Source of the DNA: Antechinus flavipes
Taxonomy: Eukaryota
Length of the DNA: 64,000 bases
Assembly (NCBI RefSeq): GCF_016432865.1
Contig: NC_067403.1
Location: 248,062,001 to 248,126,000, forward strand
Direction: 5' to 3'
Shown here: in pieces, positions 10,545 to 21,439 of the stretch
Layout of the letters: the number at the start of each line of letters is the position of its first letter
How positions within the stretch are numbered: the stretch's first letter is position 1
Notes under the pieces: generated by a model
The model's input: the letters and a program-made list of their open reading frames with translations, nothing else
What the model was told of the DNA's origin: nothing
The model's database searches: none
Position numbers and translations under genes: made by a program

Positions 10545-10790
10545 ATAATAATCAGCTATGATTTATATAGTGTTTTAAGTTTTGCAGAATACTTTACATG
10601 TGTTATGGCCTTGATTTCTCACAACTCAGGGAGGGAGGTGTTTGTGAAGTTTTTACAGATGCAGAAACTGAGGGTGATAGAATAGATGATTCACTCAGTG
10701 ACCCAATTAATAATTAGCTGAGAAAAAAATTGGACTGACTGTCTTCCTGACTCGAAGACTTGTGCTATCTCCACTAAATTGCTTTGTTCA
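10545..10790 (-). mobile_element. MIR SINE
   Basis: ataataatcagcta...tttacagatgcagaaactgagg...tcttcctgactc. Confidence 0.7.
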
Positions 10791-11164
10791 CTAAGAACCC
10801 CTATCCAAGGAGTACCTGGAATTATTCCCTTAGGAAGGCAGTGATCATGAATTAGGTTGATGATCCTTCTCTTTCTCCAAAGACCATGCTGCATCAGGAA
10901 TTACTTTCTCTCTTTAGGACATTCAGTGGCCAAATGAGAGCCCCAGAATATGGGTCATGGGTTTCTGCTGCAGATCCCTACAAGTGCTTTGATTTCTGCT
11001 ATCTCGGGCACCAGGGAATATGTTTGATTGGTGTCTAATCTATGCTCAGATGAGGAAGAGAAGGGCAAAAATGATCAGAAACTTGAACTCCCTTTTGCAG
11101 TTTCTAATAAATTCATTTGGCTCACCATAATCCTCTATCCAAAGGTGTCATTTTTGTTCCTGGA

Positions 11165-11282
11165 GAGGCCAGAGACAGGCAGAGACATAGAGAGAAACAG
11201 AGACAGAAACAGAAAGAGGCACAGAGAGAGAGATGAGGGAGGGAGAGAGTGAAATGAGATCAAGCCTAGAACCAGACGTACG

Positions 11283-11336
<54 letters not shown>

Positions 11337-11385
11337 GTGTGTGTGTGTGTGTGTAGGGAGGGATAAGGGAGGGAAGGAGAGAAAG
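11165..11385. repeat. GA-rich compound microsatellite including (GA)n(GT)n
   Basis: Direct reading; pure (GA)n at about 11286-11332. Confidence 0.95.
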
Positions 11386-11527
11386 TGCACAGCTCCTTTT
11401 CAATACTATCACAAAGGGTTTTTCCTCCAATGAAAATCTATCTCTTGGGATTGTCTTCAATTCACATAAAGACAGTCTTAGTCTAGGGCACTCAGGTTGT
11501 CTTGGGATAGTAGATATGTTTGATGGG

Positions 11528-11670
11528 TTTTTTTTTTTTTCATTGAATAGGTTTTTCTAATTATATGTAAAGATAGTTTTTTTCCAACATTCGCTTTTAA
11601 AAGATTTGGAGTTCCAATATTTCCCCCTTCTTTCTTTTATTCCCTCCTCTCCAAGAAAGCAAGCAATAAG

Positions 11671-11712
<42 letters not shown>

Positions 11713-12048
11713 TTTAAATATATTTTCATATTAATGTTGTGAAAGAAAAATCAAAATAAAAGGGGAAAAATCACAAGAAATAAAAAAAATAAAACAAAGA
11801 GATGAAAATGGTATGCTCTGATACATATTCAGTCTCTATAATTCTTTCTCAAAAAGTAGATAGCATTTTCCATGCCAGTATGATGTAATTGTCTTGGATC
11901 ACTGTATTGTTAGTAAGAACTAAGTCTATCATAGTTGATCATCACACAATATTATATTACTGTGTGCAATGCTCTCCTGGTTTTATTTACCTACATCAGT
12001 TCATGTAGTTTTTCCAGTCTTTTCTGAAATCAATTTGTTCATCATTTC
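11528..12048 (-). mobile_element. 5'-truncated L1 3' end containing (CA)n at 11672-11710
   Basis: Poly-T at about 11528, then caacattcgcttttaaaagatttgg...atagttgatcatcacacaat (L1 3' UTR). Confidence 0.85.
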
Positions 12049-12239
12049 AGTCTTAGGCCTGGTCAGGGACTCATATCAGAGAAATCAGGACAGGGAGCTG
12101 AGACCAATGGGAACTATGAACTTTGATCTCTCTGAACTTTGAGAGTCTGAAAACTAAAGTAACAGAAAGGAGGGGCCAATAGCTATATGTTGGACCTCCA
12201 AATAGAGGAATTCTTAAAGTCATATTGATGTTGATATTA

Positions 12240-12287
12240 TTAACTGTGTGACTCTGGGCAAGTCATTTGACCCCAATTGCCTCAGCA
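12240..12287 (+). mobile_element. 3' half of WSINE1, paralogous to 1800-1846
   Basis: ctgtgtgactctgggcaagtcatttgaccccaattgcctcagc followed by the same flank (aggtgcctttac/t) as in OR-1. Confidence 0.8.
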
Positions 12288-13168
12288 TGGACAATAGGTG
12301 CCTTTATTCTCTCTCTTCTCTCATTCTCTTCTTAATTTCTTCTACTCTGATTTCTGGTATCATTTCAGTGAAATTTCCCTCTTCAAAAGTTAGCAGTTAA
12401 AATGGGGGAGAGAGAAAGGAAAGAACAGTAAAAAAAGGGAAAAGGAGAGAGGAGGAAGAAGAAAAATGGAAAAGGGATGGAGAGGAAGAGAAAGGGGAGA
12501 ATCCAGTTTACTTTTATTGACCAAAGGAAAGAGTAGAAACCAAGGAGAGTTTGGCTTCATAAAGCTCAATTATTAAATTATTTGGAAGATAAAATGAGTC
12601 TTTGTAATTCAGTGAGTAAGAAAATTTCATTTTATGTCATTATATCCCCAATTCCCTAGTACATACAGACTCTAAATTAATGTTTATTTGTAGATTTAGA
12701 GCTCTTAAAATGTAATAAAGTAAATCTATCACCTACTTCATCTTAATCATAAAATCACTAATTTTGAGCTGAAAAAGACTGAAATGTTTATCTAGTCCAA
12801 TACTTTCACTATGCAGATAAGGACATTAAAGCCCATTAAGGTGATTTGACTTGTCTAACTGAACATCAGAAGTAGGATTTGGACTGGGTGTTTTCACTTC
12901 CGCACTGCAATGTACTCATGGATATCTATTACGGATCTCTACAAATCAATGGTAGAGACTTTGGTATCATAGCTGGTAAGTGTTAATGTCAGCAACTGAA
13001 TCCATGTTTCCCCTCATTCTAAGTATAATCCCCTTTCCTCTTATATCACACTGTATCTAGAAAAGGAAGAACTGAGATTTAAGATAATTTATTTAAGATA
13101 ATATCATGACTTGGGGGCTAAAGTCTAGAGAATGATATTTCAGATTTTGTTTTCTCTTAAGCACAATG

Positions 13169-14097
13169 CTAAGCCTTATGAAGTCTTTTCCCCCATAAAA
13201 CTTTCCTGAAAGCCACATGAATCTCTTAATTCCTCATAGTATAGACTAGAGGGTTCAACATGGGAGTGACCATGGTATAGAATATCGAAGTCACTTTGTC
13301 TATGTCCATAGAATGGTTAGAGTTGGGTTGTAAGTACATAAAGATGACTGTCCCATAAAATATGGACACCACAGAGAGGTGACAAGTAGAGAAGGCTTTC
13401 TGGCAGCCCTTGATAGATTGGATCTTCAGGATGGCAGCAAAGATGCATAATTGGGATATACAGATAAAAAAGTCCAAAAGAGTACCAGCAAATCCTCCTA
13501 AGAGAATGAGTATCACTTCATTGATGTATATATCAGAGCAGGAGAGAGCCAGGAGAGGAGGAATGTCACAGGAGAAGTGATGGACCACATTGGAAATACA
13601 GAAGGACAGACTAAAGGTCTGTCCAGTTACAATAGCAGAGTTAAAAAATCCACAGACATGTGCAATAATGGTCAGACAAATACATACATTCGATGTCATG
13701 GTGGTGGTATAATGTAGGGGCCTACACATATCTCTGTGTTGATAATAGGCCATAACAGTCAGGAGGTAATTTTCTGTGATGACAAAACTTGAAAAGAAGA
13801 ACATTTGTGTAGCACATCCATTGTAGGATATGACCTTTTCCCCTGTGAGAAAATCAGACATGACCTTGGGTGTGACAACTGAAGAATAACCTAAATCTAC
13901 CAGAAAAAGGTTACTGAGAAAATAGTACATGGGAGTATGCAAGCAGGAGTCCCAGGAGATAATGGCTACTATCCCCAAGGTCCCCACAAGGATAATGAGG
14001 TGAACGTTGTGAGGAAAGGAACTTGAAGCTCTGGAATAGCTATCATTCCTGTGTGAATAAACTCATTCACCTCTGTTCTGTTCTTTATTGATGTCAT
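13169..14097 (-). pseudogene. OR5B: Olfactory receptor pseudogene, OR5B subfamily (OR-2), close paralog of OR-1
   Basis: Relative to OR-1: 10-bp frameshifting deletion near 14000, DRH changed to YQH, 6-bp deletion in CASHL (now CHL), and premature TAA at 13226-13228 in RNKE. ATG at 14097; ancestral stop at 13169-13171. Confidence 0.92.
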
Positions 14098-14329
14098 TTG
14101 GGATATGCCTCATTCACCTGAAATAAAAAGAAATTATTATGGACTTTTCAATAGGCAATAAACTGCAAATAGATAATTAAAAGTCAAACAATTGGTAAAA
14201 GATACAAAATCATAAAGAATAAAATAGAGGAATCCAAAAATCACATAAAAGAGAATGAGGAAAGATTGAAAAGGATACAATTTAAAAATTGTGAAAAAGT
14301 TAACAAAATGAAGAATAAATTAAGAATGT

Positions 14330-15250
14330 TAAGGAAGAAACAAGTCAGTCATGAAAAAATATTCTAAATCATTATTATTTAGAGAAATACAAATTAAAAC
14401 AATCATGAGATATATTTTTATACATATAACATTTGCTAAAATGATTAAAGGAAAAAGCAACAAATATTGGAGGGTTATAGGAACAAAGGGACACATTCAT
14501 TATTGGTAGAATTGTAAACTAATCCAAACATTTGGAAAGTAATTTTGAATTATGCCCGAAGAGTTAGTAAACTGCTTATGCTCTTTGAAGCTGCAAGACC
14601 ACCATTAAATCTATTTTCAAAGATGATTAAGGAAAAGAAAAAAATATATATGTTCTAGAACATCTATAGCAGTTCTCTTTATGGTAGCAAAGAACTAGAA
14701 AGTATGTAAACATTGATCAGTTGGGGGATGGCTAAACGAGTGTATGATTGTGAAAGAATACTACTATGATGTAATGAGGAGCTTGATAATGTTAGGAAAA
14801 CATGCATAAACTTGCATGAAATAATAAACAGTTTAATGAAAAGAACCAAGAGATCATTGTATAGAGCAACAATAATAATATTTTAAGAACAATCTGGAGG
14901 GTCTAAGTCATTTAGACTATTATAAACAACCAAATTAACTCCAAAGGATGGAAGGAAAACCTTCTCTACATCCAAAGAAAGATCTGATAAATAGATGTTT
15001 AATATGATTTTACACATTATGTGTCCATGACTACTGATAGCCATCTCTAGGATGGGAGTGTAGGGTAGAGAAAAAAACAAAAAGGTGGGAAATAAAGTAA
15101 CAATGTAATTTTATTATATATTTAAAAGGAAAATCAAGTTATACATAATAGATTTGTACTTTCATATACAATCATCTTTTTTCTGTTCTATTATGTTATG
15201 AGAATTCTTTTATTTCTTAAATTCAGAATATAATAAACAAAATGAAAAAA
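14330..15250 (+). mobile_element. L1 ORF2 C-terminus plus 3' UTR in the OR-2 intron
   Basis: atgaaaaaatattctaaatcattattatttagagaaatacaaattaaaac...gatttgtactttcatatacaatc. Confidence 0.8.
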
Positions 15251-16660
15251 TGATGGTTAAGAAGCTAGGTCAGAGACAAATTTTAGATGACCCTAAGTGC
15301 CACAATGAAAGATCTTATTATATCCCAAAGGCAACAGGGAGTATTTGGAGGTCATTGAATAAAGGAGTGATATAAGATCTCAGTGTCATTGTTTTTGAAC
15401 TTCACAGTCAAAAAAGACTTGGCAATACCTACCACATAAGCACACAGATGTGTGTGTATTATTACTATATCCCAACACAGTTTATTGGAATATAAATGTT
15501 CGTATAAAACATTTTCATATTAGTTGTTTTATACAAGAAACCTCAAGTAAAAAAAAAAAACAAAGTGAAAAATATCATACTTCAGTTTGTATTCAATCAG
15601 CACAATTCTTCCTCTGGAGTTGTATGATATACTTTATCATCAGTCCTTTGGGATAGTTTTGGATCTTTGAGATCATAGGTGAGAAAAGCTAAGTCATTCT
15701 TTGTTCCTCTTTGAATAATATTTCTGTACTGTGAACAATGTTCCCTTAGTTCTATTCACTTCACAATGCATCAGTTCAGTCTTTTTAGGTTTTTCTAAAA
15801 TCATCCAGTTTGTCATTTCTCATATAGCACAATCATTTTCTATTACAACCATATACTGCATCTCATCTAGTCAATTCCCAATTGTTGAGCATCCCTTTGA
15901 TTTTCAATTCTTAGCTATAACAAAAAGAGGTGCCATAATTTTGTACTAATAGGTCCTTCCCCCTTTTTGGAGGTCCTTGGTATCTATACCTAGCAGTGGT
16001 ATTATTGGACCAAAGGGCATGCACAGTTTTATAACCCTTTGTCCATAGGAACTCATCTTTCTGTGATCATTTTCTGGGTTCCTGTCTATGCCATTTATAT
16101 CTTATTCATTTTGTTCAGAGTGAAATAAAAGCTGTTTTATTTTGCTCATATATTGCCCATATATTTCCTGTGTCAACAGGAATTGAGGAAATATACATTT
16201 GGGGAAATCTAGGCTTTGGCTATCACAAGCTTTATTTTGAAAAGTTTCCTGGATTTGATCTAGCTTGTGGCAATGATCAAAAGAAAGAATAAGATGTTTT
16301 GTGTCAGCATCCATTCTAAATGGACCTCTAAAATCAAAGGCTTGTTGAGGAAAAGGATAGGGAATCCAGAGTCTTTTACTTTTACTTTTACCTTTTTTCT
16401 TTCAAAATTAGATCTTTGATTTCATCAGAATTGGGAATTCCAAACCTCTACTAAAAGAGATCAGTACATGCCTTAAATTTTACAATTTTAGCAAGTTACC
16501 TGGGGAGACATAATGCATATAAAGTGGCTTGCCCAAGGACATCAAAGACGGTACCTAAACTGAAGTTACTTGTCTAGCTAGTAGACTATGAACGTTTGAT
16601 TTATATATTTATTTTTTAAAATATAAGTTTTGACCTCTGAAATCTTTCAAGATATCTTGG

Positions 16661-17053
16661 NNNNNNNNNNNNNNNNNNNNNNNNNNNNNNNNNNNNNNNN
16701 NNNNNNNNNNNNNNNNNNNNNNNNNNNNNNNNNNNNNNNNNNNNNNNNNNNNNNNNNNNNNNNNNNNNNNNNNNNNNNNNNNNNNNNNNNNNNNNNNNNN
16801 NNNNNNNNNNNNNNNNNNNNNNNNNNNNNNNNNNNNNNNNNNNNNNNNNNNNNNNNNNNNNNNNNNNNNNNNNNNNNNNNNNNNNNNNNNNNNNNNNNNN
16901 NNNNNNNNNNNNNNNNNNNNNNNNNNNNNNNNNNNNNNNNNNNNNNNNNNNNNNNNNNNNNNNNNNNNNNNNNNNNNNNNNNNNNNNNNNNNNNNNNNNN
17001 NNNNNNNNNNNNNNNNNNNNNNNNNNNNNNNNNNNNNNNNNNNNNNNNNNNNN
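16661..17053. other. Assembly gap (393 N)
   Basis: Direct reading. Confidence 1.
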
Positions 17054-18240
17054 AATCAAATCATTCCAGCTCTCATTGATCAGTCAGTAGGTTCTAGTCC
17101 TACTTCATCGTTGTTTGGGTTTTGATGGCTCAGTGTGGGTGTAATAGCAATTGTTTGTTTTGGCCAGAAACTCTGAGGGTCTTCCCATCCCAAATTGATT
17201 TTTTAAATCAGATACAAGAAGACATTTCTTGCCTCTTGTCTTACCTACTTTTAAGTACTGAAAGGTCATTCCCTTAAAGTAAGGCTTGTTTAAAACATTA
17301 GTTTTAAAAAAACCAAGGACTCTCATCTGGGGCCATTTCTGATGAAGCTGAAGTCTGGCACCAAATTATGCACCAAATGATGAGATTTAGTTAAATGATG
17401 AGGTAAGAGTAGCAATTTCTAGTTTAAAATATGAGGCACAAGGCTCAAAGCATATGTGAAGAATTCACAGTGGCTTCCTCTTTTCAACAAGGAACTTTTA
17501 TTTCCAAGAAGTTATGAACAAAATGAAGATGTAAAATAGATAACAGGAGTGGTAAATATGAAATAGTATTGGAGAGCATATAGTTTTTTTTTTAGGGTTT
17601 ATAACCTTTTATAAGTTTTTTTAATTAACAATGGAAAAATAAGTTCTCTAGGAGAAAGAAAACATTCCATGAGGAGGGAGTGTGCCAGTAATTGACAGGC
17701 TAAATCCATAAAGGAGTTTAGCACCCTTAAAAAGTTAATTAGCTATCATAAGGAGAAAGACACCATGAGACATGGGAGTAAGGATTAGAGGAAAGAAATT
17801 TTGAGGTAAAATGCCACGGTGGGTTAATCCCAAAAGGGGTCAGCAAAGATGGCGGAGGCTATGGGCAAATTTACATGGGAAATTTAATTTCAGGGCTTTG
17901 ACATCATGACTTGGCTTTCTGATTAGATAAAGTAAGGTGGGATTTCCCAAGACCTCCACAAGTGTGGGATCATAACGCTAAGCTGGTTACCCTCAATATC
18001 TTTTCCTGTTTACTCTGGGAATATTGTAATCTTATTAGTACTTCAGGCTTTCTCTGCCAGCACCATTTAATTACCTAGGACTTCATCAATTTCCAGTCAT
18101 TCATATCTTGCCACTAGACCCAGAAGGCATTGAAGGACAAAGTTAGGTTGGTGACATTTCAGTCTTCCATCACTTAAATACCATTTACCTGAATGTGATG
18201 GCGTTACCTACTTGATATCATTGGTGTTCTCACAACGATA
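17054..18240 (-). mobile_element. WALLSI4-like SINE (paralog of 7520-7905) split by a solo LTR
   Basis: SINE sequence stops at ggccatttc (17339) and resumes at atttccagtc (18089). Confidence 0.6.
17340..18088 (-). mobile_element. Solo LTR (749 bp) of an endogenous retrovirus
   Basis: TG...CA ends with an 8-bp inverted repeat tgatgaag/cttcatca, exact 5-bp TSD atttc (17335-17339, 18089-18093), AATAAA on minus at 17497-17502, TATA-like motif at about 17600-17615. Confidence 0.85.
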
Positions 18241-20044
18241 CATTTTTCCTTATTTTCTTTTGAAAGTATATTTTCTATTTTTCAAGTTAGACATAAATTC
18301 CTTGAAGGCACATTTGGCTTGTATTCTCAAGACCAATGAATGGAATATTTAATTGAACTGTTGAATTTCAGTCAACACAATTAAATATTTCGATCTTACC
18401 TTGCCTATCTATAAGAGGATAACATTTATATTAAATAAAATCATAAAGTATTTACAAAGACGGGGCTGTAAAATAGAGTTGTTTTTTTTCCCCTTTATAT
18501 ATTTTGACAATGATATGTGATAATGATGAGACTACTCTGTAAAGCATATGAACAAATTTATTGAGGCAGTTAGGCTTAGTGAATAGAGCTAAGGACTTAA
18601 ATTTGAAAAACACTTGGGATAAAATTGTGCCTCAGATACTTAATATCTATGTGAGCTTGAATAATTCATATAAATTTCCCATCTGGAAAATGGAGATAAT
18701 GACAAATGTAGCACTTACCTTTCCGGGTCATTGTGAGTTTCAAATGAGACCATTACTGTAAAGCATTTTGAAAAGCCTAAAGCAAAATATAAACAAAAGA
18801 TGTCACTATTGAGCTTAAAACCATTTCTTTTCTTAATTTTAAATCTGTCTCAAACTTATGATTTGTAGACAATATGCCCTTACTTTTATTCACTGATCTG
18901 TTGCTAAATGTTCATTATCATAAGTCCTCTCAGATTGCTGCTTTACTTAAAGCCCAACAATAGGTGGTGAAAACAGGAGCATGGAGCATGGTTCATAATT
19001 AATAATTGTCCTTTATAAAACCTGTAAAGTTTGCAAAGCATCTTCTGTATTTTATCTTATTTGAACCTCACAATAAGCTTATGAGGATGATTTATACATG
19101 TTGTTATCTTAATTTTATGGTTGATACTAAGACTCAGAGTGATGAAATAATTTGCCTATGCTTTCACAAGTAATAATTTTTAGAATCAAGATCTAAAACT
19201 AATCATTAAGATCCCAGATCCAAAATCTTAAAGCATAATGCCATACTATCCCCAAGGTGAGTTTTCAAATCTTAAATTGGATTTTTCAGAACCTGACTGG
19301 TTCATGGAAAAAGGTTGATGGGTTTTTGTAGGGGATAGATGGTCACACACTTTTACAAGAGGTCCAGGACTTGAAACCTAAGACCAATGAAGTTGAATAT
19401 GATGAAGAAAGTCTCCTCTAGTACCTGTCCTAAATCTGCCTCTTATTTATTAATTTAGTCTTATTGTTTTCTGTGCCTTAGTTTCATGATCTGTAAAATT
19501 GTGATAATTAAAAATGTCTATCGTTCCTCTTGCAAAGACCTTATTAACTATGTTCCTGAAGATTACATGGATATAAAGGTCTGATAATCTAATGATTCAA
19601 AGGCATACCATAGACATAGTTTAATGAGTTCTAAGCAAAGAAGTTGACAAAGTCTCTCTTGCTAATATGAAGACAAGATATAGAGAGATAGGTGGGAAAT
19701 TAGACTCTAGTGGAGAACCCCAAGAATCTGTCTTTAGTCCTGCAGTCAATATTTTTATCATCATCAGAATGTCCCTATTTCTAGATTTTTCTGAAAATTG
19801 GTTTAAATTGGTCTCCATCTCCATTTTCTTCTCATACAAATGGGTCTCCATATCCTAGATGCAAAAGCAGAGCATGATTCAATCATTTATGGAACTAAGT
19901 TAACATTGAGAAATCCTTTATGTCATCTTAGAGAAAAAAAATCAAAATATGCAAAAATCCTCACAAGATAAGCAAATGCAGAAACATCTAAACCACCCAA
20001 AGAATTGTCCAGTTAGGACAGAATTGAAACTAGGGTTGATATCA

Positions 20045-20690
20045 TTTTGAATTCAGAACATCCTGACTCCAATCCAAGTGATCTATCCATTGTAGCAGAG
20101 CTGCCTCTTTAAAGTACTTTAAATATATTGGATCATTTGATCCCCACAACAACTTTGTGACATACATGGCAAACAAGACAATTTGATTTTATACTGCCTG
20201 AAAAAACACCGTATCCAGACATAACAAAGGTGATCCTCTCTATTCTGAATTTGGAGCAACATATTCATTTGTAAGTTCTACACTTTAGGAAGAACATTGA
20301 TAAGCTAGAGATTTTGCAGAGGAGTTCATCTAGGATGGAGAAGGACTTTCAAATTTTTCCATATTGGGATTAGTGGAAGGAACTGGGTTTTTTTAGTTTA
20401 GTGATTAAGGTTATCTTTAAGTATCTGAAGGACTGACAGACATATGGGGGAAGGAATTGATGTGATGTATGTGCACTCAAAGGGAAAAATCAGGAATAAA
20501 GTATAGAAGTTAAGAAGAAGCAAATTCAGATTTAATGTAAAGAAAACATCACAAAATAGTGTTATTCAGATGTAAAAGGAACTGCTTTAACATATACTGG
20601 ATTTTCCTTCACTAATGTTTTGAGGGAAGAGCTAAAGGACCAGTTCCACACACAAGACAAACACTACACACACACACACTTATATAGTGC
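20045..20690. mobile_element. MIR plus CR1/L3 composite ending in (CA)n (paralog about 60835-61540)
   Basis: attcagaacatcctgactccaatcc...aaatatattggatcatttgatccccacaac...ggaagaacattgataagctagag...aggatggagaagg. Confidence 0.7.
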
Positions 20691-21439
20691 TTCTAATGCA
20701 TATAAAAAAAACTTTACAAATATTAACCCATGTATTCAAATAATAATATTACTTATTATCTTTATTTTCTAGATAAGGAAACTGACATAAGCAGAGGTTA
20801 AGTGACTTGTTTAGGTTCACAGATTGAGTGTTTACTACTGGATTTGGACATAAGCCTTCCTGAACATGAATTCAGCATTGTACCAACTGTGACAGTTAGC
20901 TATTTCTGTAATTATTAATTATAAAATAAGATCAGTTAGTACAATTTAAGAGGAGCAAAATTAACTATGTAATGGAACTAGCAACTACAAGTAAATTCTC
21001 TCGAGTTTAAGGAACTTATTATGTATAATTTTTTTTTACTGATAATAAAATAATATCAAACAGTTGTATGGCATTGTAAGGTTTGCATTCACCTCATAAC
21101 AATTATTCATAATGAATGTGCAGGTCATCTTAATTTGTGAATCTCCTCTACCTTCTCTTTATTTTGGGTGATTATCTTTGAGCTGAAAGTTCCAAACTAG
21201 AGATGATATGGATGGAACAACATTATGTTATTGAAGACCCATCAGGGACTAACAATCTCTGGGTCACAGCCTCTTCATCTAAGAAATAGAGAGGTTTGTA
21301 CCATTTGATACCTAATAATGTTTCAAATTCGAAATCCTACAATTCTGAGACCTTTTGACTTACTTTATGATTATGTCTGTTGCTGAATCAAATAAAAACA
21401 CCTAACACTGATCCTTATAAGTTAATAGGGGTAAGATGA

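Noticed and set aside
11028-11460. ORFs with RE/SL/TH runs
   Set aside because: Translations of microsatellites.
16616-17079. 147/149-aa ORFs in the track
   Set aside because: They consist of X residues spanning the N gap.
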